From positions 6,048,001 through 6,112,000 of the forward strand of contig JBKAGP010000001.1 of assembly GCA_046290465.1 (NCBI GenBank): DNA of 64,000 bases, read 5' to 3'. Positions within the stretch are counted from its first letter, which is position 1. Each line of letters begins with the position of its first letter. Shown here in pieces: positions 48,318 through 57,757 of this stretch. The translations under genes were made by a program, and so were the position numbers. Under the pieces are notes generated by a model. The model saw nothing but the letters and a program-made list of their open reading frames with translations, was not told the origin of the DNA and searched no databases. Source of the stretch: Planctomycetota bacterium. Its GTDB lineage: Bacteria > Planctomycetota > UBA1135 > UBA2386.

Positions 48318-50159
48318 ATGCAGGCACTTACGAAAGTGTTCGGAATCACCATGGCGGCGTGCGCACTCGCGACGCTGCCTGCGCAGGAGAAGGCCGCGAC
48401 CGAGGCGGCCCAGCAGCAGGAGGGCATCAGCTCGCAGGCGGAAGGCGATCGCGCCAGCCGACTGACGCTGCGCCTTCGTGACCGCGACCTGCGCGAAGTC
48501 GTTCAGAGCATCCGTCGCAAGACGAACTCGAACATCATCATGGATCCTGGCATCGAGGAATCGGTGACCATCGATCTGCAGGACGTGCACTGGCGTCAGG
48601 CGCTGTCGCTGGTCGTCGAGCAGGCGCAGTGCATCGTCAGCGAAGGCGAGGGGGGCGTGCTCAAGATCGAGAAGCCGCCGCGCGTCTACTTCGCGTTCGA
48701 GAACACCGACATCCAGAAGGTGATCGACACGATCGCCAAGATCTCCGGCGCGAACATCGTCGTCGCTCCCGAGGTCAAGGGCACCATCACGGTGCGCCTG
48801 AAGAACATCCCGTGGCGGGACGCGCTCGACGCGACCGTCAAGACGCTCGGCTTCGTCGTGGTCGAAGAGGACCGTGGCATCCTGCGCGTCGTGCCGGCGG
48901 CCAACATCGAGACCGACCTCGAGTTCGACGCGATCCAGCTGCGCTACGTGCGGCCGAACTCGGTGTTCATGCCGTTCATCACGTCGGAGTACATCCGAGA
49001 CCTGCGCAACCAACAGCCGCTGCAGCAGGGCCAGCTCAACTTCTCGCTGCTCGACACGCTGCAGAACATGACCACGCCGGAGGTCGGCTCGCTGGAGTAC
49101 ATCCAGGAGACCAACACCATCATGGTCAAGGACACGCGGCCGGTGGTCGAGCAGATCCGTCGCACCATCGAGATGATGGACGTCGAGCCGTCGCAGGTGC
49201 AACTGGACGTGCGCTTCGTCACGACCAGCAACGACGACCTGCTCGACATCGGCATCAGCCCCGGCGGCAACGGCTGGACCGCCAGCCTCGGCCTCGGCCA
49301 GATCCCGACGCGGCTGCCGTTCGACCTCGGCGCCGGCGGCTGGGAGGACTCGCTGATCGCCAACGACACCGGCACCGGCCCGTTCACCGACGACGTGCAG
49401 AACCTGCCGGCCGGCACCACCATCCCGAACGTCGTGTTCGGCGCGCTCAACTTCCAGGAAGTGACCGCGACGCTGCGTCTGTTGGCGCGTGATTCGCGCT
49501 CGGAGATCCTGCAGGCGCCGCAGATCACGACCCTCGACAACAACACCGCGACGATCTTCGTCGGCGAAGCGGTGCGCTACGCCCAGGCCCGCGTCGAGCA
49601 GGGCCAGGCCGGCGGCCTCTTGCTGGCGCTCGAGGAAGGCGACGAGTCGCCGGTCAACATCGGCTTCCAGCTGCTGGCCACCCCGCACATCGTGCCGGGC
49701 ACGGACAAGGTCATCATGGAGGTGATCCCGCAGCGCACCGCGCTCAGCGGCACCGGTTCGTCGGCGATCGCGCCGGCCGGCTTCGACGTCTTCGAGGTCG
49801 GTGGCGGCTCCAGCGCCGGCGCCGGTCAGATCGCGCTGCCGCGCGTCGCCTCGAGCACCCTGTCGACGACCGTGCTGCTGAAGAGCGGCCAGACGGCGGT
49901 GCTCGGCGGCCTGAAGAGCAAGACCGAGTCGGAGACCGTCACCAAGCTGCCGCTGCTCGGCGACATCCCGCTGCTCGGCTACCTGTTCAAGAACCGCACC
50001 AAGCAGGAGACGATGTCGACGCTGCTGGTGTTCATCACCCCCCAGATCATCCGCAGCGCGGACGACATGGAGGAGTCGATGCGCCGTGCGCTCGAGGAGC
50101 GCATGAAGGACCAGCGCTCGAACCTCGCGCAGACCCGCGAGGCGATCTTCGGCAAGTAG
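48318..50159 (+). CDS. pilQ: Secretin (PilQ/GspD family)
   Basis: Signal peptide, two N0/STN-like domains, P.ITTLDNNTA.I.VG, PHI, KLPLLGDIPLLGYLFK, LLVFITPQII. Confidence 0.92.
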   Translation: MQALTKVFGITMAACALATLPAQEKAATEAAQQQEGISSQAEGDRASRLTLRLRDRDLREVVQSIRRKTNSNIIMDPGIEESVTIDLQDVHWRQALSLVVEQAQCIVSEGEGGVLKIEKPPRVYFAFENTDIQKVIDTIAKISGANIVVAPEVKGTITVRLKNIPWRDALDATVKTLGFVVVEEDRGILRVVPAANIETDLEFDAIQLRYVRPNSVFMPFITSEYIRDLRNQQPLQQGQLNFSLLDTLQNMTTPEVGSLEYIQETNTIMVKDTRPVVEQIRRTIEMMDVEPSQVQLDVRFVTTSNDDLLDIGISPGGNGWTASLGLGQIPTRLPFDLGAGGWEDSLIANDTGTGPFTDDVQNLPAGTTIPNVVFGALNFQEVTATLRLLARDSRSEILQAPQITTLDNNTATIFVGEAVRYAQARVEQGQAGGLLLALEEGDESPVNIGFQLLATPHIVPGTDKVIMEVIPQRTALSGTGSSAIAPAGFDVFEVGGGSSAGAGQIALPRVASSTLSTTVLLKSGQTAVLGGLKSKTESETVTKLPLLGDIPLLGYLFKNRTKQETMSTLLVFITPQIIRSADDMEESMRRALEERMKDQRSNLAQTREAIFGK

Positions 50160-50666
50160 CCGGAGGGGGCGCCAGCCTTCCCGGCGCCCCGCTCGGCGCC
50201 CCCGTTCGGCGGGGGTGTCGGAACGTCGCGATCCCGGTGCGCTCCAGCGTTGAGCGCCCACCCCCGGCGGGATAGCATCCCGGCCGCCGGTTCGGGTGAA
50301 CCGGCTCGGCCGAGCCGCGCCCACGTCGGGCGCACGGCCGAGGATCCCCCGACTACCCCATGCACGTCGCACCGACGCACCTCCGGCACGGCCGGCAGCA
50401 ACCGCTGCCCGGCGTCGTCGCCGGTCCGGACCTCCCGCGGGAGCAACGGCGTCGTACGGCTCGGCATGGATTTCCGTTTCCTACCCTGGATGCCGTTTCG
50501 CGCGATCCACGCGCCGGCCTCCGTGACGTGAGGTCCCAGAGCCGCCGGCCCCGTGCCGCGTCGCTGCGGACCCGTCCCGCAGAGTCCTTCGAGTCCCGGC
50601 CGCGCGCCTGGTCCCGGAACCACCAGGGGGTCGCCGACCTCGGCGATCGACAGACAAAGGTCCCCC

Positions 50667-53138
50667 GTGAAGAGGATGCTGATCAACGCCATCGATCCGG
50701 AAGAAAGCCGGATCGCGGTGGTGGAGGACGGTGTGCTGCAGGAGCTGCACGTCGAGCTGGCGAGCCGAGAGGCCTATCTCGGTAACATCTACAAGGGCAA
50801 GGTGGTCAACATCGAGCCCTCCATCGGCGCCGCGTTCGTGGCGTTCGGCGGTCGCGTCAACGGCTTCCTGCACGTCTCGGACGTGCTGCCGGCCTACGGC
50901 CGCGACGACTTCCGCCTCGAGGACGTCATCGAGGGGCGCGCGCGCGTCGACGTCGACGACGGCCCCGAGTCGATGCAGCAGGCGCTGTCCGACGACGATG
51001 ACGAAGACGACGACGAGGCGAACGACGACGGCGGCAAGCCGGCGAAGCGCCCGCGTCGCGGCAAGGCCAAGGTGAAGGCCAAGGGCGATGGTGACGACGG
51101 CGAAGGCGCCGAGGGCCAGGACGCCGATCCCCAGGACGCTGAGTCCCAGGACGCTGAACCCCAGGACGCCCAGCAGGGCGATGCCGACGAGGACGCAGGC
51201 GCGCCGGCGGAGCGGTCGCAGCACGACGGTGACGGCGACGACGCGGCCGACGACCAGCAGGATGCCGACGACGAGCGCGGCGAGGCCGACGACGGCGACG
51301 CCGACGAGCACGACGACGCCGATGCCGACGAGCCGGCGGTGATCGAGCCGGTCGACGCGGTCGAGGTCGCGGACGACGAAGAGGACGCGGACGGAGAGCA
51401 CGCAGACGACGACGAACACCACGGTGGCTTCGGCCTCGGTCTCGACGACGACGAGAAGCCGCTGGCGATGGCTGCGGCCGATCCCGGCGATGCCGACGCG
51501 GATGCGCCCGGCGCGGCCGAGGGCGGCGGGGCGGCGGCCGACGAGGCGCAGTCCGCCGATGGCGGCGACGGCGACCCGGACGGCGAAGGGGCGCCGCGCA
51601 AGAAGCGTTCGCGCCGCTCGCGCTCGCGTTCGCGCCGCAAGGCCTCCGGCGATGACGACACCGGCGCCGACGTGGCGACCGAGAGCGCAGCAGCTGCGGT
51701 GCCGGCGGGTGCGAAGGCCGGCGAGGCCGAAGCCGACGCCGACGGTGACGCGGCGAGCCACGGCGACGACCAGCAGACCGAGGCCCGCAAGGCGCCGCGC
51801 AAGAAGCGTTCGCGCCGCGGCGGCAAGGAGCGCGGCGGCAACGACCGGCGCGCGCCGCGCGGCAACCGACCGACCATCGACCAGCTGCTCAAGAAGGGGC
51901 AGGAGGTCGTGGTGCAGATCACCAAGGAAGGCATCGGCAACAAGGGCCCGACGCTGACGACCTACGTGTCGCTGCCGGGCCGTTCGCTGGTGCTGATGCC
52001 GAGCCTGCCGAAGTGCGGCGTCTCGCGGAAGATCGAGGACGGCAAGGAGCGCCGTCGCCTGAAGCGCATCGTGCGCGAGCTCGACGAGACCGGCAGCGGC
52101 GGCATCGGCTTCATCGTGCGCACCGCGGGCATCAACAAGAGCCTCGAGGACATCCAGCGCGACCGCGACTACCTCAAGAAGATCTGGGAGATGGTCGCCC
52201 AGCGTCTCAAGGTCACCAAGGCGCCGGCGCTGCTCTACCAGGAGTCCGACCTGGTGCTGAAGGCGATGCGCGACCAGTTCACGCCGGACATCGCCGACGT
52301 CGTGACCGACAGCGAAGACGTCTACGTGCGCATCAAGGACTTCGCCGAGAAGCTGATGCCGGTGATGGCCGATCGCATCAAGCAGCACGCCGTGACGACG
52401 CCGCTGTTCCACTCGTTCGGCATCGAGAAGGACGTCGAGGAGCTCTACGAGCCCAAGGTCGACCTGTCGAACGGCGCGTCGATCGTCATCGACCAGGCCG
52501 AGGCGCTGGTCGCGATCGACGTCAACTCCGGCAAGTACAAGGCCGGTGGCCAGGGCAGCGACGAGACCGCCTACCGCACCAACCTGGAGGCGATCCCCGA
52601 GATCGTGCGCCAGCTGCGGCTGCGCGACCTCGGCGGCCTGATCATCATCGACTTCATCGACATGTCGCACGAGAAGCACCGTCGCGGCGTCGAGCGCAAG
52701 ATGATCGACGCGCTGCGCGGCGACCGCGCGCGCATCAAGGTCGGCCGGATCTCGCCGTTCGGCATGATGGAGATCACCCGCCAGCGCGTCGGCCCGGGCC
52801 TCAAGCGCACGGTGTTCATGCAGTGCCCGCACTGCAAGGGCGCCGGCTGGTCTCGCACGGTGCAGTCCAAGGCGCTGTCGGTGTTGCGCGAGGTGCGCGC
52901 GCTGGTGCACCTGAAGGGCTACTCGATGCTGCAGGTGTTCGTCGCGCCGGCGGTCGCCGACTACCTGGTCAACTACAAGCGCCGCGCGGTGCTCGAACTG
53001 GAAGACGCGGTCGGCAAGAGCGTGATGTTCCGTCCGGAGCAGAGCTACCCGATCGACGTCGTGCACTACCGCTTCATGACCGGCGACGGCCAGGAAGCGC
53101 GCATCGCGATCCCGGCTGGGCTCGGCGTCAAGGCCTGA
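50667..53138 (+). CDS. rne: Ribonuclease E/G family with large acidic insertion in the S1 domain
   Basis: GNIYKGKV.N.EPSIGAAFV, GFLH, VQITKE..G.KGP, IVRT, AIDVNSG, RLRDLGGLIIIDFIDM, CPHC Zn-link. Confidence 0.93.
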   Translation: MKRMLINAIDPEESRIAVVEDGVLQELHVELASREAYLGNIYKGKVVNIEPSIGAAFVAFGGRVNGFLHVSDVLPAYGRDDFRLEDVIEGRARVDVDDGPESMQQALSDDDDEDDDEANDDGGKPAKRPRRGKAKVKAKGDGDDGEGAEGQDADPQDAESQDAEPQDAQQGDADEDAGAPAERSQHDGDGDDAADDQQDADDERGEADDGDADEHDDADADEPAVIEPVDAVEVADDEEDADGEHADDDEHHGGFGLGLDDDEKPLAMAAADPGDADADAPGAAEGGGAAADEAQSADGGDGDPDGEGAPRKKRSRRSRSRSRRKASGDDDTGADVATESAAAAVPAGAKAGEAEADADGDAASHGDDQQTEARKAPRKKRSRRGGKERGGNDRRAPRGNRPTIDQLLKKGQEVVVQITKEGIGNKGPTLTTYVSLPGRSLVLMPSLPKCGVSRKIEDGKERRRLKRIVRELDETGSGGIGFIVRTAGINKSLEDIQRDRDYLKKIWEMVAQRLKVTKAPALLYQESDLVLKAMRDQFTPDIADVVTDSEDVYVRIKDFAEKLMPVMADRIKQHAVTTPLFHSFGIEKDVEELYEPKVDLSNGASIVIDQAEALVAIDVNSGKYKAGGQGSDETAYRTNLEAIPEIVRQLRLRDLGGLIIIDFIDMSHEKHRRGVERKMIDALRGDRARIKVGRISPFGMMEITRQRVGPGLKRTVFMQCPHCKGAGWSRTVQSKALSVLREVRALVHLKGYSMLQVFVAPAVADYLVNYKRRAVLELEDAVGKSVMFRPEQSYPIDVVHYRFMTGDGQEARIAIPAGLGVKA

Positions 53139-53157
53139 GCCCGGTCGCGGCGGCCGA

Positions 53158-53979
53158 TCAGCGGCCGCCGCCGACCGGGATCCGGACCCTGATGGTGGCG
53201 CTCCGCTGCGCCGCTGCGCGCGCCGAGCCGAGCATCGTGCCCTGCCGTCGGCCGGAGAACGCGATCAGGTCGACGTCGCCGGTCGGGATCCACGCGGGCA
53301 GGCGTTGCCTGCCGGCGACGATCGGGATCGCGACGTCTGCGGGACGGTCCCGCGGCGGCTCGCCCTGCATGTGGCCGATGCCGGCGGGCCAGCCGCTGCC
53401 GATCCGCACCTCGACCCGGTCGACCCGCTGCGCGCCGCCGCCGGCGAGCTCCAGCTCGAGCGCCCGCGCCGCGACCGGCAGCTCGTCGAGGTCCTGGTTG
53501 CGCGCGCCAGCGGCAACCGTGACCGGCTGCGTCGCGAGCACCACGCGGGTCGCCAGATCGACGACGATCATCATGTGGTCGCCGGGTTCGACCGGCGCGA
53601 CGAACCGTCCGTCGGTGCCGATCGTCGCGATCGCCCCGGTCAGGTAGAGGCCGAGGTAGGTGTAGCCCTTCGTGTCGGGGCGCACCGGTTCGAACACGAC
53701 CGCGATGCGCTCGTGTCGCGGCACGGCGAGCGGGAACGTCAGCTCGCCCGACACCTGCCGGGGGCCGTCGCGGTCGAGGTCGAGCTGCAGCTCGATCGCG
53801 CGGCCGGCGTCGGCGTCGCCGGGGGTGACCGCCACCTCCTGCAGCGCGATCTTGCGATAGCCGCCCAGCCGCGGTGGTTGCGGCACCACCAGCGGCAGCT
53901 GGTAGGTGCCGGGCGCGAGGCCGTCCAGCGTGGTCGTCGGCTGCGCGGGGACGCCGCCCGAGGTGTGTAGCGGCCCGGA
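53158..53979 (-). pseudogene. Probable 5'-truncated gene with carboxypeptidase-regulatory-like beta domains
   Basis: Open frame begins right after the TGA at 53980; LDGLAPGTYQL and DGRFVAPVEPGD repeats; no ATG start or signal peptide. Confidence 0.5.
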
Positions 53980-54663
53980 TCAGCGCGCGGGCCCGAACCA
54001 CGCCTCGACCAGCTCGGCCCAGCCGTCGCTGAAGCCGATCGGGCCGCCGGCCGCGACCCCGGCGGCGATCACGCCGACGCCGATCCAAGTGGCCCGGTGC
54101 ACGCGACCGAGCGTGGCCCGGTCGTGGCGGATGCCGGGCACCCACAGCGCGACGATCAGCACCACGGTGACCGGCTCGGGCAGGGAGACCGCCTGCACGA
54201 TGCGCACCAACGCCGGCGGCATCATCGCGATGCTGGCGTAGAGCATCAGCCGGCCGTGGCTGCCGGGATGCCGCACGCGCGTCAGTGCCGCGGCGTAGAG
54301 CCCGGCGAACTGGGCCAGGTTCAGCAGGTTGAAGAACACCAGCGGCGCGTTCTGCTGGATCCGGTAGTTGGCCGCCGCGACCGCGACGCCGGTCCACAGC
54401 AGCGCGAGCGCGAGCGGCAGGCTGGCGTAGCCGAACCGCCGATGGGTGCGGGTCCGGCGCTGCCCGATCCACCGCGCCTGCTGCACGAATAGCAGATACC
54501 AGAGGCCGATGGTGGCGATGTGCGGCACCAGGACCGCGGCGGCGGGGGCGTCGGCCTCGGCCGCGACCAGGGCCCGGCCGACGAAGCCCGCCAGGATCAG
54601 CGCGACCAGCAGCAGGCCCATGCGAACGGAGAATGTTCTCGCGCACGGTGTTCGGTCGGGCAC
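53980..54663 (-). CDS. Multi-pass membrane protein with several His residues
   Basis: About 6-7 TMs; PH, HRRFG, HGRLM, HRAT motifs; start 54663 or 54621. Confidence 0.7.
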   Translation of the reverse strand: MPDRTPCARTFSVRMGLLLVALILAGFVGRALVAAEADAPAAAVLVPHIATIGLWYLLFVQQARWIGQRRTRTHRRFGYASLPLALALLWTGVAVAAANYRIQQNAPLVFFNLLNLAQFAGLYAAALTRVRHPGSHGRLMLYASIAMMPPALVRIVQAVSLPEPVTVVLIVALWVPGIRHDRATLGRVHRATWIGVGVIAAGVAAGGPIGFSDGWAELVEAWFGPAR

Positions 54664-54732
54664 GGCCGCATCCTAGCTGGTCGGGCGGCGGCAGCCACCG
54701 GGAGTCCGATCCGGCAGCGCCGCAGGTTGGTC

Positions 54733-54760
54733 TTGACTCGGGCGCGGCGGCCGCTACGCT
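54733..54760 (+). promoter_or_regulatory. Putative sigma70 promoter of rplU-rpmA-obgE
   Basis: TTGACT-N16-TACGCT about 30 bp upstream of rplU. Confidence 0.5.
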
Positions 54761-54790
54761 GCTCGGCCCTTCCAACCCCGACCCAGCCCA

Positions 54791-55111
54791 ATGTACGCCG
54801 TCCTCGACGATCGCAATCAGCAGTACCGAGTCGCCAAGGGTGACAAGATCAAGATCCACCTGCGCGGCGACGCCAACGAAGGCGACACGCTCACCTTCGA
54901 CAAGGTCTGCGCGGTCGGTGGCGAAGGCGACGCGGCCGGCAAGGTCGGCACCCCGTTCGTCGATGGTGCCAGCGTCACCGCCAAGGTGCTCAAGACCGTC
55001 AAGGGCCCCAAGGTGATCATCGGCAAGTTCCGCCGTCGGAAGAACTTCCGCAAGCGCACGGGCTTCCGCGCGCAGTACACGATGATCCAGATCGAGTCGA
55101 TCAACGGCTGA
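54791..55111 (+). CDS. rplU: 50S ribosomal protein L21
   Basis: MYAV...QYRV..GD, GTPFV.GA.V, KFRRRK..RKR.G.R. Confidence 0.96.
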   Translation: MYAVLDDRNQQYRVAKGDKIKIHLRGDANEGDTLTFDKVCAVGGEGDAAGKVGTPFVDGASVTAKVLKTVKGPKVIIGKFRRRKNFRKRTGFRAQYTMIQIESING

Positions 55112-55143
55112 TCCCGCACCGCTAACGCAAGAGGAACCAACCC

Positions 55144-55398
55144 ATGGCACACAAGAAGGGACAGGGCTCGACCCAGAACGGCCGCGACTCGAACCCGCAG
55201 CACCGCGGCATCAAGGCCTACGGCGGCCAGACGGTCACCGCCGGCTCGATCATCGTTCGTCAGTGTGGCACCAAGTTCCACCCCGGCCGCAACGTCCGCC
55301 GCGCCAACGACGACTCGCTGTTCGCGGTCGCCGACGGCGTCGTCCGCTTCCAGGCGAACCGTCGCGTGCACGTCGACGTCGCCGAGAGCAGCAACTGA
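55144..55398 (+). CDS. rpmA: 50S ribosomal protein L27
   Basis: [32 protein letters not shown]. Confidence 0.97.
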   Translation: MAHKKGQGSTQNGRDSNPQHRGIKAYGGQTVTAGSIIVRQCGTKFHPGRNVRRANDDSLFAVADGVVRFQANRRVHVDVAESSN

Positions 55399-55480
55399 TC
55401 CGTTCCGCGGCCGTCCGCGCCTGCTGCGCAGGTGCCGGCCGCCGTGGACGATTCCCGCGCGTCCCGTCGGGTAGACCGCG

Positions 55481-56479
55481 ATGTTCGTCGACGAGCTGAA
55501 GATCACCGTTCGCGCCGGCAAGGGGGGCGACGGCTGCCTGTCGTTCCTGCGCGACAAGAACACCATCAAGGGTGGTCCCGACGGCGGCGACGGTGGCAAC
55601 GGCGGCGACGTCGTGCTGCTGCCGTCGACCCACGTCAACACGCTCTACCACCTAACGGGGCGCGGCGTGTTCGCCGCCGACAACGGCATGCAGGGCGGGC
55701 CCAAGCAGTGCTTCGGCAAGAGCGCGGGTGACCTGACGATCGAGGTGCCGGTCGGCACGCAGGTGCTCGACGCCGAGCGCGGCAACGTGCTGCAGGACCT
55801 CGACATGCCCAACAAGCCGTGGGTGATCGTGCGCGGCGGTTTCGGCGGCCGCGGCAACGTGCACTTCGCCAGTTCGACCAACCGCACGCCGCGCCAGTTC
55901 GAGCGCGGCCGGCAGGGCGAAGAACGCACGATCCGGCTCAGCCTCAAGCTGATCGCCGACGTCGGCCTGCTCGGCCTGCCCAACGCCGGCAAGTCGACGC
56001 TGCTGTCGACGATCACCAAGGCGCGGCCGAAGATCGCCGACTACCCGTTCACGACGCTCGAGCCGATGCTCGGCATCGCCGAGGGCGAGGGCGAGGGCAC
56101 GTTTGTGGTCGCCGACATCCCGGGCCTGATCGAGGGCGCCAGCGAGGGCAAGGGGCTCGGCGACAAGTTCCTCAAGCACATCGAGCGAACGCGGCTGCTG
56201 CTGCACCTGGTCGACTGCAGCGCGGTGCCGCTCGACGAGCCGGAGCACGCCTGGCGCATGCTGCGTGAAGAGGTCGCCAGCTACTCGGCCGAGATGGGCC
56301 GGCGGCCGACGATCGTCGTCGCCACCAAGGTCGAGGACGAGGACTGCCGGCAGCGCGCGCAGGCGCTCGCGACGGCCATCCACAAGCCCGTGCTGCCGAT
56401 CTCGAGCGCGACCGGCCAGGGACTGCGCGAACTGCGTGCGGCCATCTGGTCGATGCTGTCGGAGCTTCCGAGCAGCTGA
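55481..56479 (+). CDS. obgE: GTPase ObgE
   Basis: MFVDE, GGPDGGDGG, GLPNAGKST, YPFTTL, DIPG, FLKHIERT, TKVE, SSA. Confidence 0.96.
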   Translation: MFVDELKITVRAGKGGDGCLSFLRDKNTIKGGPDGGDGGNGGDVVLLPSTHVNTLYHLTGRGVFAADNGMQGGPKQCFGKSAGDLTIEVPVGTQVLDAERGNVLQDLDMPNKPWVIVRGGFGGRGNVHFASSTNRTPRQFERGRQGEERTIRLSLKLIADVGLLGLPNAGKSTLLSTITKARPKIADYPFTTLEPMLGIAEGEGEGTFVVADIPGLIEGASEGKGLGDKFLKHIERTRLLLHLVDCSAVPLDEPEHAWRMLREEVASYSAEMGRRPTIVVATKVEDEDCRQRAQALATAIHKPVLPISSATGQGLRELRAAIWSMLSELPSS

Positions 56480-56549
56480 TCCCGCGTTGGGCGCTGGCCC
56501 TTCGGGTGGCCCCGGCCCGTGCCGATAACGGAGGTGGAGGACCATCCAC

Positions 56550-57701
56550 TTGCCGACGCCCAACAACCCTCAGCCGACCACGGCTTCTCCTGCCAGCCGC
56601 ATGCCCAAGCTGCGCGACTTCCTGCGCATCATGGTCAAGGAGAACGCCTCGGACCTGGTGCTGAAGGCCAACGGTTGCCCCGCGGTGCGGGTCGCCGGTG
56701 TGATCCGCTTCCTCGGCGACCAGCCGCTGCCCGCCGAGCTGGTGCGCAGCTACGTCGCCGAGGTGCTCAACGAACGCCTGCAGCGCGAGTTCGAGGAGCA
56801 CGGTGCGACCGACACCGCGGTGGCGCTGCCCGGCGTCGGCCGCTTCCGCTGCAACGCCTTCCACCAGTGTGGCGAGCAGGGGTTGGTGTTCCGCGCGATC
56901 AAGAACGAGATCCCGTCGTTCAAGGAGCTCAACCTGCCGGTCGAGCCGCTCAAGCGACTGGCGTCGCTGAAGCGCGGCCTCGTGCTCGCGACCGGCATCG
57001 CCGGCTCCGGCAAGTCGACGACGCTCGCGTCGATGCTCGAGTACGTCAACCGCACGATGAACAAGCACATCATCACGGTGGAGGACCCGGTCGAGTTCCG
57101 CTTCGAGGACAAGCGCTCGATCGTCAACCAACGTGAGATCGGCACCGACGTCTCGACGTTCCCGCAGGCGCTGCGCCAGGCGGTGCGTCAGTCGCCGGAC
57201 GTCATCCTGATCGGGGAGATGCGCGACGCCGACACCGTCTCGGCCGCGATCTCGGCGGCCGAGACCGGCCACCTGGTGTTCTCGACGCTGCACACGGTCA
57301 ACGCCGTGCAGACCGTCGAGCGCATCATCACGTTCTTCCCGCCGCACCAGCACGAACTGGTCCGCCTGCAGCTGGCGCTCAACCTCGCCGGCGTCTGCTC
57401 GCTGCGCCTGGTCAAGAACAAGGACGGCACGTCGATGGTTCCGGCCGTCGAGCTGCTGATCAACACGCCGACCGTGCGCGAGCACCTCGAGGCGGGCTCG
57501 ACGCGCATGCTGCCGAAGGCGCTGGCCGAGGGCAGCTACTACGGCACGATGACGTTCAACCAGTCGCTGATCCGCCTGTTCCAGGCCGGCAACATCAGCC
57601 TCGAGGACGCGCTCGCCGCGTCCGACAACCCGGACGACCTGAAGATGCAGATGCGCGGCATCACCCAGGGCGCCGGGCCGCGACCGGTCAGCATGCAGTA
57701 G
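56550..57701 (+). CDS. PilT/PilU type IV pilus retraction ATPase
   Basis: ASDL, RFRCN, GIAGSGKSTT, EDPVEF, NQRE, DVILIGEMRD, ETGHLVFSTLH; TTG start behind GGAGG (alt. ATG 56601). Confidence 0.92.
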   Translation: MPTPNNPQPTTASPASRMPKLRDFLRIMVKENASDLVLKANGCPAVRVAGVIRFLGDQPLPAELVRSYVAEVLNERLQREFEEHGATDTAVALPGVGRFRCNAFHQCGEQGLVFRAIKNEIPSFKELNLPVEPLKRLASLKRGLVLATGIAGSGKSTTLASMLEYVNRTMNKHIITVEDPVEFRFEDKRSIVNQREIGTDVSTFPQALRQAVRQSPDVILIGEMRDADTVSAAISAAETGHLVFSTLHTVNAVQTVERIITFFPPHQHELVRLQLALNLAGVCSLRLVKNKDGTSMVPAVELLINTPTVREHLEAGSTRMLPKALAEGSYYGTMTFNQSLIRLFQAGNISLEDALAASDNPDDLKMQMRGITQGAGPRPVSMQ

Positions 57702-57757
57702 CGCCCGCCAGATCTGTCCGGCCGATCGGGAAAAAACCCGGCCGTGGACCTCGCTGC

